Part shown: positions 1 to 12,622 of the stretch, piece after piece
Layout of the letters: the number at the start of each line of letters is the position of its first letter
Numbering within the stretch: position 1 is the stretch's first letter
Assembly: GCA_026770705.1 (NCBI GenBank)
Contig: JANJGN010000009.1
Coordinates: 163,866,001-163,930,000 of the forward strand
DNA length: 64,000 nucleotides
Source of the DNA: Isurus oxyrinchus
Taxonomy: Eukaryota
Direction: 5' to 3'
Program-made: the position numbers and the translations under genes
Notes under the pieces: model-generated
What the model saw: only the letters and a program-made list of their open reading frames with translations
Database searches by the model: none
Told to the model about the DNA's origin: nothing

Positions 1-19
1 AAATACTTCCACAGGTCAT

Positions 20-280
20 GAAATTATAAGCTTGGTCTTTCAAGTGGTTTCCTGATCCATGTGGAACGTTTTAGTTTCACGACCTCAGATTCTCTGACAG
101 GAACCACAGTCTCTGCAATAACATCAGGTACCTCATTAGGCACAGGCAGATCAGTGTCGTCCACTCCGACAGAGACATCGGGCATGACTATCCTTGGCTG
201 TACAATTTTAACAGGAACAACAGGTTCAACAATGGCTACAATTGGAACATCATTTTGTGGGGTATCTCCATTCTTTTTAA
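20..280 (-). mobile_element. Gypsy-like LTR retrotransposon pol C-terminal remnant
   Basis: ...KRSTWIRKPLERPSL* tail typical of Gypsy integrase ends; fuller copy at 42642-43215. Confidence 0.55.
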
Positions 281-629
281 ATCAATCAGATGCTAATGGG
301 TGATCTACAAAGATTAGCAAATAAAACCAAAATGTTAAGAAATCTCTGTATTCAATTTGACAACTAAATTTCAGAAATGAAAAAAGTACTTCTGTTCCTG
401 TGGGGTTTGTGGAAATTGGGAGGGGGTTCCTGTTCTAACTCACCTCACAATTCAGTATCAATACTAGCTCAGCTCATCATTATCCATATGTTCTAACATT
501 TTAACATTCTGGTTTTCAGGATTTTATATCCTCAATGAAAATTAGATTTGTTCTTTTGTTAAATATAACTGACAGAAGTTCACGTTCTTAGGGGTCAGAT
601 TTCATCAGATGCCTTAATATGGCTTCATG

Positions 630-760
630 ACCTGGCTTCCTGCTATCTTCTTCCTCATTTAAATTCCTTGTATCATTTATATTAGACACTTACTTCGATG
701 TGAGAAACAAGAGCTGAGTGTCTGGAAACAAGTTCTGTCCTGATCTTTGTGAACAAAACG
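630..760 (+). promoter_or_regulatory. Putative proximal promoter with ETS/PU.1-like sites (duplicated at about 43565-43694)
   Basis: cttcctg (636-642) and cttcctcattt (650-660, reverse AAATGAGGAAG) about 100-125 bp upstream of the ATG; motif match only. Confidence 0.35.
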
Positions 761-797
761 ATGTGGATTTTGATTCTCCTCATTAGTTCTCTGCCCG
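761..797 (+). CDS. Receptor A exon 1, signal peptide (MWILILLISSLP/V)
   Basis: ATG at 761, hydrophobic leader, phase-1 donor G|GTGAGT; joins exon 2 in frame to give LPVSGALW. Confidence 0.9.
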
Positions 798-904
798 GTG
801 AGTGACAGCCAGAGCTGGATGTTCCGATATTCTGAGTTGGTTTAACTCTCGTGCGCTGGTTATACAGGAGATGTTTAAATATTTGGAGACATGCAAAGGC
901 ACAA

Positions 905-1160
905 GAGAGGTCTTGGGCTCAGTGGGTAGTGTCTCTGTATCTGAGCCAGAAGCTCTGTGTTTGAGTCCCACTTCAGTTCTTGTTGAGAATGGAAGGCGCG
1001 TTCTAACCAGGCCCAACAGGTTGATTATCAACCTGAAAATCTTCCAACAGACCTAAGGCTGGTGGGAAGAGGGTTTGAGATCCCAGTGCAACATGTTTGA
1101 TGTGGAGTGGTGCCGCTCATTCTGTTGCCTCCGGAGGTTGTGACCTGTTCCAGGGAAAAC
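905..1160 (+). mobile_element. tRNA-derived SINE remnant in intron 1 (also about 43840-44095)
   Basis: A-box-like gggctcagtggg and B-box-like gtttgagtccc at tRNA spacing. Confidence 0.45.
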
Positions 1161-2659
1161 AAGCTTTGGAAAGCAAAAGTAAACATGTGCTTTGTCTGCC
1201 GCATCCGTCTCTAGATGTGGGAAGTCTCCTAAGTCTAAAGGCACAAAATAGTCAGCAAAACCAAATGAATAATAATTGTGAAATATATTATTACCCTGTG
1301 AATTTACTATCACACCATGGGAATAGTTAACAAATAAACTGAACTGCATTATTAATTATGAATGATAAGTAAAGGAGAATTCAATTTTCAGAAATCTATG
1401 CAAGCAACATTTTGAAAATGAAAACCTGTTTTAATTGGTAATTTTCAATATAATCTGATGTCCAGTATACACTGAAAACTGCAGCGGTAATAATCCCACA
1501 AATAAAACATGTCCCAAGTTGGCGAATATTTCTGTTTTTTAAAGTACAGTTGATGAAATATTGTGTTATGAGGCTCTCTCAGTGACACTGTTCCTCACTG
1601 GTAGATGGTTGGTCTACATCACTCTTCTCATAAGTAGCCTTTTCTTGTTCATTCTTTAACTTTAAGAAACTTGATTTTCCTCATCACTCAGTATTGCCAC
1701 CTCTCCATCATTTTCAATGAATGTATTTTATAACACACAATGTTAAACTCCCAGCCCCATCTGCTCTAAGCCACTACTTTAACTTCCGCAAAATATTTTG
1801 TGCCTCTAGCTTATCAATTTTATGCAGAATACTTGATGTACTTATGGACAGGAAACTGAATCATGTTTCTGTCGGTTTGGCAATCTTCTTCTTTTCAATC
1901 CTTCCTCTTTCTGATCTGATCTCTTTCCCATTTGCTTTTCAACTGTAACTTTTCCTGTATCTTTTTCCTTTTCTTTACTTCTCTCTAGCCATTTAATTAT
2001 TTTCAATCTCTCTTTTGTTATTTTAGTGCAAACTCTTTCTCCACAGCATGAGTTTCTCTCCCAGCAAGGCCATTGGTCTCATGAACGTTCAAGTCAAGGC
2101 ATCCAAATCCCTACCTCAGGAATCCATCCATCCTTCAAGGCCACCTATCACACAACCTCTCAAACCTTCAAGGCCTTCAAATCCTACCTATGGACATCCC
2201 TAACTCATTCAAGATCTGAACACCCCCTCCTGCAAGGACCCAAGCATCCCCCGCACCCCACCCACCTCAGATCAGAGCAGGGAACTGTCGGCTCCTGTGA
2301 CCCCCTCCACACTGCTCCCCAACCAACTGCAAATCAGGCCTGTCAATCAGACTGGTTTCTGGAACCTCTTGATGATGTCATACGCAGTCTGGGGTTAAAC
2401 CCTACAGTATGGGGCAGAACCTCAATTTCCAGGTTCCCCACACTCTACCAACCCCTGCCAATAAGTCAAGAAAATGTCCCAATTATCTCACGAGTATATC
2501 ATTGTCTGAGACGTGCTTTGGAACACAGTGAGGCTCTGATAAGTGTCTATATGAATGATTACTCTCATCACAAACTTGATGGAATTTAACTCATTAAAAT
2601 GCATCTGTTTGAATTAAGCAGTTATTTCCTGTTCAGTTTCTCAAATGTTGTCTCCTCAG

Positions 2660-2974
2660 TTTCAGGTGCATTGTGGGCAAAAAAAGAAGTAACAGGAGTT
2701 GTGGGAAGAGCGATCACAATAGAATGTCACTATGATGCACGTTACAAGTCACATATAAAATATTGGTGTTGCGGCTGGAGTCGCCAGTGTAATATTTTAG
2801 TATTGAAAAATCAGCAAAATGGAAGAATATCGATCACAGATAACAAGGCAACAGGAATATTTATTGTTACTATGGTGGATCTTCACTCAAGAGATACAGG
2901 ATGGTACAGCTGTGGTATTGACAAACCTGGCCTCCTCGATTCAATGTTTGCTGTCTGGCTACAAATATCTTACG
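2660..2974 (+). CDS. Receptor A exon 2, V-type Ig domain of CD300/pIgR/TREM (MDIR-like) type
   Basis: Acceptor tctcctcag|, donor tacg|gtat; ITIECHY...KYWC...C...DTGWYSCG with the extra Cys pair typical of CD300/pIgR V domains. Confidence 0.92.
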
Positions 2975-3873
2975 GTATATTTCTTACTGATTTTCTTTAT
3001 TATTCTCAACTGAAATGTCTGCTCAATGTTTTATCTGGGAGGAAACATGACAGCTCCGATATCCCGAGGCTCCACAGCAATGCAGAGACTTAAAGGTAAA
3101 GGGCAGAGGTCGGGAAATCCAACTCATGTTACCCAAACCCAATTCATGGCCTGTCAAACATGTCAGAGTTGAACTTTACAAGTGAACTAAACGGAAATTG
3201 AGAAGTTGTTTTGATGGTAAAAGAAGCCTCTTTATTAATTGTTGAGACATTGGGCTGGATATTCAGCCTCAAAGCGGGTAGGGGCAATTCGGAAAATTCC
3301 CCGCTCGGCCTTGGAAGAAAGTGCCCACAAAGGTGGGATTTCCATTGCTGGGAGCTGTGCCCAGGCTGCAGTCTGGCCAGCCACACCAGGAAGAAATGCA
3401 GAGGCAGCCACAGGGACTGCCGGCTGCGGAGACGGGCTGTTTCAAAGGCCCCTCCTTAATGCCCTTGGACTTTGTAACAGCTAAACTCAAAACACAAAGG
3501 CCCTTCACCCCTCACCCCCCACAGCCCACAAAGAGGGTGGGTATAAGGGGAAAATTTGTCATGAGAGTTCTTGGAGGTGGGTGGAAGTGTACAGCTTGAA
3601 GTCAGGAGCATGATGGATTATAAGGCGTGGGTAAAGGGACATAGGGGGCATTAACGGCCAAACGTGATGGATGAGGATGTGACTTGACATAGGGGGCATG
3701 AGATGGACCTTTTGAACTTAGCTCTTAAAAGGTCCCCTCATGCAAACCAGTGTTTACAGCTCCTCTGAGGGGCTTTGGACTACGACTCATTCAAAACCTG
3801 GCCCGAGTCCATGAAAATTGCAGAGGAGTAGGACGTGTCCATCTCCACAATGGAGGCAGCCAGGTTGGAGAGT

Positions 3874-6800
3874 AAAAAACAAAAATACAAACAAAAAACT
3901 GCGGATGCTGGAAATCCAAAACAAAAAGTAAGAAATACCTGGAAAAACTCAGCAGGTCTGGCAGCATCGGCGGAGAAGAGCACAGTTGATGTTTCGAGTC
4001 CTGATGACCCTTCAACAGAACTAAGTAAAAAGAAGAGAGGGGTGAAATATAAGCTTGTCTAAGGGGTGGGGGTGGGGGTGCGGGTGGTGAGAGAAGGGGA
4101 GAGGTGGTTGTTGGGACAAGCAAGCAGTGATAGGAGGAGATAACCAAAAGATGTCACAGACAAAAGAACAAAGAGGTGTTGAAGGTGGTGATATTATCTA
4201 AAAGAATGTGCTAATTAAGAACGTATAGCAAGACAAGCAAGGTACAGATAGGTCATGTGGGGGTGGGGTGAAATAAGACTAAAAGGGCATAAAATGTATA
4301 GATAAATGATCAGTGGAATACATTAAAAATATTGCAAATAGGTGGGAAAAGAAAAATCTATATAAATTATTGGAAAAAAGAAAAAGGATGGGGAAGAAAT
4401 GGAAAGAGGGTGGGGATGGAGGAGGGAGTTCAAGATCTAAAATTGTTGATCTCAATATTCAGTCCGGAAGGCTGTAAGGTGCCTAGTCGGAAGATGAGGT
4501 GTTGTTCCTCCAGTTTGCGTTGAGCTTCACTGGAACAATGCAGCAAGCCAAGGACAGACATGTGGGCAAGAGAGCAGGGTGGAGTGTTAAAATGGCAAGC
4601 GACAGGGAGGTTTGGGTCATTCTCTGCGGACAGACCGCAGGTGTTCTGCAAAACAATCACCCAGTCTGCGTTTGGTCTTTCCAATGTAGAGGAAACTGCA
4701 TTGGGAGCAACGAATGCAGTAGACTAAGTTGGGGGAAATGCAAGCGAAATGCTGCTTCACTTGAAAGGAGCGTTTGGGCCCTTGGACGGTGAGGAGAGAG
4801 GAATTGAAGGGGCAGGTGTTGCACCTTTTGCGTGGGCATGGGGAGTTGCCATAGGTGGGGGTTGAGGAGTAGAGGGTGATGGAGGAGTGGACCAGAGTGT
4901 CCCAGAGGGAACGATCCCTATGGAATGCCACCGGGGGGGTGAAAGGAAGATGTGTTTGGTGGTGGCTTCATGCTGGAGTTGGTGGAAATGGCGGAGGATG
5001 ATCCTTTGAATGCGGAGGCTGGTGGGGTGATAAGTGAGGACAAGGGGGACCCTATCATGTTTCTGGGAGGGAGGAGAAGGCGTGAGGGTGGATGCGCTGT
5101 AGATGGGCCAGACACGGTTGAGAGCCCTGTCAACGACCGTGGGTGGAAAACCTCAGTTAAGGAAGAAGGAGGACATCTCAGAGGAACTGTTTTTGAAGGT
5201 AGCATCATCGGAACAGATGCGACGGAGGCAAAGGAACTGGGAGAATGGGAAAGTGTCCTTACAGGAAGCGGGGTGTGAGGAGCTGTAGTCGAGGTAGCTG
5301 TGGGAGTCGGTAGGCTTGTAGTGGATATTGGTTGACAGTCTATCACCAGAGATTGAGACACAGAGGTCAAGGAAGGGAAGGGAAGTGTCAGAGATGGACC
5401 ATTTGAAAATGATGGAGGGGTGGAGATTGGAAGCAAAATTAATAAATTTTTCCAGGTCCAAACGAGAGCATGAAGCGGCACCGAAGTAATCATCAATGTA
5501 CCGGAGAAAGAGTTGTGGGAGTGGGCCGGAATAGGACTGGAACAAGGAATGTTCCACATACCCCATAAAGGGACAGGGGCTCATGTGGGTACCCTTAGTC
5601 ACACCTTTTATTTGGAGGAAGTGAGAGGAGTTGAAGGAGAAATTGTTCAGCGTGAGAACAAGTTCAGCCAGACGGAGGAGAGTAGTGGTGGATGGGGATT
5701 GTTCGGGCATCTGTTCGAGGAAAAAGCTAAGGGCCCTCAGACCATCCTGGTGGGGGATGGAGGTGTAGAGGGATTGGACGTCCATGGTGAAGAGGAAACA
5801 GTTGGGGGCAGGGAACTGGAAATTGTTGATGTGACGTAAGGTGTCAGAGGAATCACGGATGTAGGTGGGAAGGGACTGGACAAGGGCAGAGAAAAAGGAT
5901 TCAAGATAACGAGAAATGAGTTCCGTGGGGCAGGAACAGACTGACACGATCAGTCTGCCGGGACAGTTCTGTTTGTGGATTTTGGGTAGGAGGTAGAAGC
6001 GGGCCGTCCGAGGTTGGGCGACTATCAGGTTGGAAGCTGTGGGAGGAAGATCCCCAGAGGGGATGAGGTCAGTGACAGTCCTGGAAACAATGGCTTGATG
6101 TTCAGTGATGGGGTCATGGTCCATGGAGAGGTCGGAGGAAGTGTCTGCGAATTGACGCTCAGCCTCTGTGAGGTAGAGGCCAGTGCGCCAGACAACAACA
6201 GCACCACCCTTGACAGCGGGTTTGATGACAATGTTGGGGTTGGATCTGAGGGAACGGAGTGCAGTAAGTCACAAAACAACTGTTTGCTGAAATGCTAAAC
6301 AAAGATAAATATTGAGATAAAAGCAAAGAACTGCGGATGCTGGAAATGCAAACCAAAGACAGAAATAGAAATATCTGGAAAAACTCAGCAGGTCTGGCAG
6401 CATCGGTGGAGAAGAGCACAGTTGATGTTTCGAGTCCTCATGACCCTTCAACAGAACTAAGTAACAATAGGAAAGGGGTGAAATATAAGCTGGTTTAAGA
6501 GGAAGGTGGGTGTGTTGTTGGGACAAGAAGCCAGTAATAGGTGGAGATAACCAAAAGATGTCACAGACAAAAGAACAAAGAGGTGTTGAAGGTGGTGATA
6601 TTTTCTAAAGGAATGTGCTAATTAAGGGTAGAAAGCAGGACAAGCAAGGTACAGATAGACCTAGTGGGGGTGGGGTGGGGTGAAGGAATACTAAAAATTC
6701 TAAAAATTAGAGATTAACAGTGGATGGAAATACATTTAAAAATAATGGAAATAGTTGGGAAAAGAAAACTCTATATAAACTATTGGAAAAAACAAAAAGT

Positions 6801-9309
6801 GGAGGAAGAAAACGGAAAGGGGATGGAGATGGTGGTTGGGGCCAGAGAACTGGAAATTGTTGATGTGACATAAGGTGTCAGAGGAATCACGGATGTAGGT
6901 GGGAAGGGACTGGACAAGGGGAGAGCGAAGGGAGTCAAGATAATGAGAATTGAGTTCCGTGGGGCAGGAAGAGGCTGACACGATCAGTCTGCCGGGACAG
7001 TCTTGTTTGTGGATTTTGGGTAGGAGGTAGAAGCGGGCTGTCCGAGGTTGGGAGACTATCAGGTTGGAAGCTGTGGGAGGAAGATCTCCAGAGGAGATGA
7101 GGTCAGTGACAGATCTGGAAACAATGGCTTGATGTTCAGTGGTGGGGTCATGGTCCAGGGAGAGGTAGGAGGAAGTGTCTGCGAGTTGACGCTCAGCCTC
7201 CACAAGGTAGAGGTCAGTGCGCCAGACAACAACTGCACCACCCTTGTCAGCGGGTTTGATGGCAATGTTGGGGTTAGGCCTGAGAGAATGGAGTGCAGTA
7301 TGTTCAGAGAGAGACAGGTTAGAATGGGTGAGAGGAGCAGAGAAATTGAGACGACTAATGTCACGCCGACAGTTCTCAATGAAAAGATCAAGAGAAGGTA
7401 AGAATCCAGAGGGAGGGGTCCAGGTGGAGGGAGAATATTGGAGGTGGGTAAAAGGATCCGTTGAATGGGGAGAGGACTCCTGCCCAAAGAAGTGAGCCCG
7501 GAGACGAAGACGGTGGAAGAAGAGTTCAGCATCATGCCGAGCCCGAAATTCATTGAGGTGAGGACGTAAGGATATGAAACTAAGTCCTTTGCTGAGCACT
7601 GAACGTTCAGCATCAGAGAGGGGAAGGTCAGGGTGTATAGTGAATACCCGACCGGGGCTGGGATTGGAAGATGGTGTGGGGACAGAGGGACAGGCAGGGT
7701 TGGAGGGTCCTGGATGTGTGTTGGTATCACTGAGTTGTTGCAGCTTGCGTTCCTTAGCACTTGAGAGAAAGAGAAAAGGTTTCTTGTTGAGGCGACGGAT
7801 GAGACGAAGAATAGAATGAAACTGGGGGCACGGGCAGCTTTGGAAAGGGGTACGGCGATGCTGCTGGAGGGAGAGGTCGAATGTGTTCATATGGCAGCGC
7901 ATGGCACTGAGTGTGGATCTCAGAATGCAACGGGAACAGTATTCCGAGGAATGTTGTATGTCCCAGAGATACCTGTAATCCTGGGTTGGTTCGAATCCGA
8001 TGGAATTTCAGTTGAGATCCACATGGGGTAAGTCGGAGACGGAGACAGTCACTGAGAAAGGAAATATGGCTGTGAAAGTGGGTTTTAGTAAACACCTTGT
8101 CAAACAGCAGGAGAGAAATGGAAAGCAATGAAGGTAAATAAGGCAAAAGAGAGATATGAAAATCCTGACGGAGAGTAGTACAAAACTTCTTTAAGGTAGG
8201 GATGTCTTGAAGAGAAGTGGCAGTCAATTAAACACGGATAAAAGCAAAAAACTGCGGATGCTGGAAATTCAAAACAAAAACAGAAACATAAATAGCTGGA
8301 AAAACTCAGCAGGTCTGGCAGCATCAGCGGAAAGAGCACAGTTGATGTTTCGAGTCCTCATGACCCATCAACAGAACTAAGTAAAAATAGGAGAGGGGTG
8401 AAATATAAGCTGGTCTAAGGGGTGGGGGTGGGTGGTGGTGGAGGGAGAAGTTGTTGGGACAAGCAAGCAGTGATAGGAGGAGATAACCAAAAGATGTCAC
8501 AGACAAATGAACAAAGAGGTGTTGAAGGTGGCGATATTATCCAAAAGATTGTGCTAATTAAGGATGGGTAGCAGGACAAGCAAGGTACATGGTGGCATCA
8601 TGCTGCAGTTGGAGGCGGAAATGGCGGAGAATGATCCTTTAGTGCGGAGGCTGGTGGAGTGATAAGTGAGGACAAGGGAGACCTCTTCATGTTTCTGGTA
8701 GACTTGCTGCCTTCTTCCAGTGAAGCTCAATGCAAACCGGAGGAACAGCACCTCATCTTCCGACTAGGCACTTTAGAGCCATTGGGACTGAATATTAAGT
8801 TCAACAATTTTAGATCATAAACTCCCTCCTCCATCCCCACCCCCTTTCTGTTTCTTCCCCCTCCTTTTTCCTTTTTCCAATACTTTATATAGATTTTTCT
8901 TTTCCCACCTATTTCCATTATTTTTAATGTATTCCACCGATCATTTATCTATACCTTTTAAGCCCTTTAAGTCTTATTTCACCCCACCCTCCACTAGAGC
9001 TATCTGTACCTTGATTGTCCTGCTATCCATTCTTAATTAGCACATTCTTTTAGATGATGTCACCACATTCAACACCTCTTTGTTCTTTTGTCTGTGACAT
9101 CTTTGGGTTATCGCCTCCTATCACTGCTTGCTTGTCCCAACAACTACCGCCGACTTCTCTCTCCACCGCCCCCCCCGCCCCCCGACCCATTAGACCAGCT
9201 TATATTTCACCCCTTTCCTATTTTTACTTCGTTCTGTTGAAGGGTCATAAGGACTCTAAATGTCAACTGTGCTCTTCTCCGCCGATGCTGCCAGACCTGC
9301 TGAGTTTTT
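3874..9309 (-). mobile_element. Composite Penelope-like element (Neptune type): partial-tandem ORF pieces, three pseudo-LTRs and one inverted pseudo-LTR
   Basis: RT with YIDD (5153-6124), CxxxxCxxC linker and GIY-YIG endonuclease (LVYCIRC..C..LYIGKT, 4430-4931), N-terminal ORF part 6830-8240; 14-bp TSD ccaggttgg(a/g)gagt at 3860-3873 and 9310-9323; frameshifted and deleted. Confidence 0.93.
3984..4022 (-). ncRNA. Minimal type I hammerhead-ribozyme motif in Penelope pseudo-LTR (also 6420-6458 and 8340-8378; B copies 46918-46956, 49354-49392, 51274-51312)
   Basis: agtt-CTGTTGA-a-gggtc-loop-gactc-GAAA-ca-TC-aact; stems I and II pair. Confidence 0.6.
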
Positions 9310-9692
9310 CCAGGTTGGGGAGTTCTGGGTGTGGCTTTTGAATGAGCCAGCCTGTATCCTTTAAAGCTGCTCCCAAAATCACACAACCCAGGAACGCAGT
9401 TGGGAATCCCAGAATTAGGACACACCCGCCATTTTTAAAGGGCTCCTGAATCAACCCAAGTTGGTGAAATCCAGGCCGTCACTTTGGTCTGAAGGCTGCA
9501 CAAAGCACAGGGTAGAGGCCCTGGACTGAGACACCTGCCTTTATCTTGTACAGAAAGTGTTCACATGTGAGTGACATGAACATTGCTCATCAAAACAAGG
9601 AGCGATAGGCAGGGAGACATTCTTTGGAGTTTATTGACAATAATGAACAGTATGTACAAGTGATTAACACCCGTGCCCAGGACGTGCAACTG

Positions 9693-9764
9693 GCCTAAAT
9701 AGCCAAGTGGTTATGGTACTGGGTTTGTAACCCCAAGATCAGGAATTCAAATCTCACAATGGCA
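9693..9764 (+). pseudogene. tRNA-Thr(UGU)-like pseudogene or SINE head (duplicate 52625-52696)
   Basis: 72 nt, A box TAGCCAAGTGG, anticodon arm ggg-tt-TGT-aa-ccc, TTCAAATC T-loop; acceptor stem pairs only 3 of 7. Confidence 0.6.
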
Positions 9765-9824
9765 AAATATGAAACAATGTAACTTGATCTGAATAGGAAC
9801 AGATGGAAATGTGTTTGTACTCAA

Positions 9825-11091
9825 AAGAGTTACATTTCCTCAACTCTCGAGGCCTTCCGTGCTCAGTGGGGACTGGGGTGCTTTATTGACCCCTTTTAGC
9901 ACTTTTTGGTTTAAAGTTGTAAGTTTCCTTTAAACTTCGTTCTTGGTTTTACAGCTGACCTAAATTAGGGGCTGTCCCTTATTTATCCTAATTTTGTAAA
10001 TTTAGTTTAATTGTTTTGACTCTATAAGAGTTACATCTCCTCAACCCCCGTAATATGAGCCGCCTCGGGGACATGTTCTCTGTGCCATTTGGCACAGCAA
10101 AGAGGAGCTTTTTGTACGGACTGCTGCTGCACATCTTCCATTTTCTCGCCCTTCTCCGCCGCCTGGATATGCCCTGGCATGCCTTGTTGCCTTCCGGCAG
10201 CGGAGGCCCCCGATGGGAGGCCCTCTGAGGAGGTGTCCTCCCCCTTTCTATCGGGGACCTGGGTTCGAGGGTGTTGCATGCAGCAGTCCCCTATAATAGG
10301 AGAATTCATAGGTTCACGGACTCCCAAGACACATGCCCTTTTCGTGGTCTTGTGGAGTCCGTGGACCATGCATACATAGGGTGTGGTAGGTTGCACTCCC
10401 TTTTCAGTTACTTGATGAACCTTTTGTTAATGTTTTGTTTGCACTTCAGCCCCACGCTCCTGATCTATGGACACCCGGTGCGGAAGGGGGTCGGAAAGGA
10501 GGAGGACCTCCTCGTGAACCTGCTCCTGGGCCTGGCCAAGTTGGCCATTAACAGGTCCAGGCAGCAGGCGATCGAAGGGGGAGTCCCGCCCAATTATTTA
10601 TCCCTCTTCCGCGGCTACGGTCGCAGCCGGATGTCCCTGGAAAGGGAGCATGCGGTGTCTGCCGGCACTCTCGAACCCTTCCGTGCTCGGTGGGCACCGC
10701 GGGGACTGGGGTGTTTTGTTGACCTCTTTTATCACATTTTGGTTTAAAGTTGTAAGTTTCCTTCAAACTTTGTTCTTGGTTTTACAGCTGACCTGAATTA
10801 GGGGCTGTGCCTGATTTATCCCAATTTTGTTAATTTAGTTTAATTGCTTTGACTCTATAAGAGTTACATCTCCTCAACTCTCGAGACCTTCTGTGCTCGA
10901 TGGGTGACCACGGGGGTTGGGGTGCTTTATCCAGCCTCTTAATCACATTTTGGTTTGATGTTGTAAGTTTCCTTTAAATCCTGTCTTTGGTTTTGCAGTG
11001 ACCCTAACTTAGGGGCTGCGTTTTATTCTGTTCCTCATTTTGTTAATTTAGTTTATTTGTTTGGCTTTAAAAGAGCTACATCTTCTCAACT
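9825..11091 (+). mobile_element. Three tandem 5'-truncated Tx1-clade non-LTR retrotransposon 3' ends separated by a 21-bp direct repeat
   Basis: ORF2 C-terminus CPF.G..ESVDHAYIGC..L..LF...NLLLGLAKLAI..SR; shared T-rich 3'UTR; repeat aagagttacatctcctcaact x4. Confidence 0.8.
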
Positions 11092-12622
11092 TTCCTAATC
11101 CTCCCGCTACATCTTGGTGCTCCGCAGACATCCAGAGTGGAAGTAAAGACAGTCTGCAGACTGCTATGCTCTGTCTGTGATAATTTTTGGCGGGCGTCCT
11201 CTGGAGGCCTGAGGCCTGGAGGGCCCCGGCTTCCTTTCGAGGTCCTGCTGTGTGGCATTACCACCCTCCTTGGCCTGTGGACCTGGAGCTGTCAAGGTCA
11301 CAGTAAGAGGGGAGTTACCAGGATGAATGGCCCCGGAGGGTACACATGTTGATCCTTCTCGCTATTGGCTGAATTAGCGAGCAGCAGGGGTAGCTGAAGT
11401 GAGATTGAGCTGCCCGCACCCCTCTCTCATACACACTGTCAGGGGCCAACTATACATCAGCAATGGAGTTCAGCCCCACAGCAGTGTAGGAACGGTGCCC
11501 TGGACCAACATCTCCAAGGCACCTACGATCCTACCAGTGTTGACCTTGGTGCATTGACATGCCAGCGCTATCACCTCAGAGTGCAGGTGGATGGATTCCT
11601 CCATATTAACTGAAAATTTTATTTAAAAAGAGAGAAGGTCACCATCTAATCCTTTATTAACTGTGTTTAATTGTATGCAGTGGTAGCATTAAACAGATGT
11701 CTTCAGGTCTGGGCCTTGTACACACTGTCTCCTGGGAGTTCTGACCAGCTACCCTGCTGTCTTCAGGGAGATCTGGCCAACCATCCTGCTGTGTTCTGGG
11801 AGATCTAAGCAGCTACCCCCTCACATAGGCTTCAGTATTCCCTTAAATGTGTTTCTTCTCTTTCATCTCTCTTTGTTGCAACCAGTCTGAAAAGAAATGC
11901 TTTTCTTCAAAGGATTGATTAAATCAATCTTTACCTCTTAGACTTGTAAAAACAAACTTACTCTATGTTTATGTCACGTCCTTACACCTTTTTACAACCT
12001 GCATATATCTCCCTTTGAACTAAAACAACACAATTCAAACTATTTCTGTTATTGCTTCATGTACAAGTCTGTTGTAGTTCTTTTTTGTTTATTAACATAT
12101 CAAAACCACTTCAAATTGTTGACTTTTGACCCTATCCACTGATGAGGCAGTCCATGTCATGGAACCATAACCTTAAATCTGGAGATAGGCTCGTCAGGGA
12201 TGTCAGGAATCACTTCTTCACGCAAAGTATAGCGGAAATCAGGAACACTCTCCTCAAAAAAGCTCTTGAACTTAAATGAAAATTTCAAAACTGATTGACA
12301 GATTTTATCTGGTAGCAATATTCGGGTTATGGGACCCCGGTAGGTAAATGGACAGAAGATACTGGTCAGTTGGGATTTAATTGAATTGTGGAACAGGCTG
12401 AAGGGGCTGCATGTCCGAATCCCTTTTCCATGTTCTGGAGCCCCAGTTAATTTTTCAGTGGTCTGGGCCTTGTGAGTAACAATGTGCTGTGAAACAAGCT
12501 CACAAACAGTTAGCATTTCAAAGAGACACTTTCCAATCACCAGGCAAACTGTGACCTGTGTTGTTTCAGAGTACAGTTTGTGACAGTGAAAGCAGTGAAG
12601 GCCTGCCAAACCTCATTAAAAT

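Noticed and set aside
2026-2589. 187-aa ORF in intron 1, and most other short ORFs in the track
   Set aside because: No domain similarity, non-ATG starts; recurrence at about +42.9 kb reflects the DNA duplication, not coding constraint.
2660-3100. V exon as a rearranging Ig/TCR/NAR V segment
   Set aside because: It ends in a splice donor with its own G strand; no CACAGTG heptamer/nonamer RSS follows; the Cys pattern is CD300/pIgR-like.
5153-7902. Active autonomous Penelope element
   Set aside because: The ORF is split, frameshifted and internally deleted, and the RT motif around KGV..GT.M is degenerate.
9693-9764. Functional tRNA-Thr gene
   Set aside because: Acceptor and T stems pair poorly and no oligo-T terminator follows.
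9825-11091. CRISPR-like array of 21-bp direct repeats
   Set aside because: Eukaryotic context; the 'spacers' are 180-810 bp, homologous to each other and encode Tx1 ORF2 ends.
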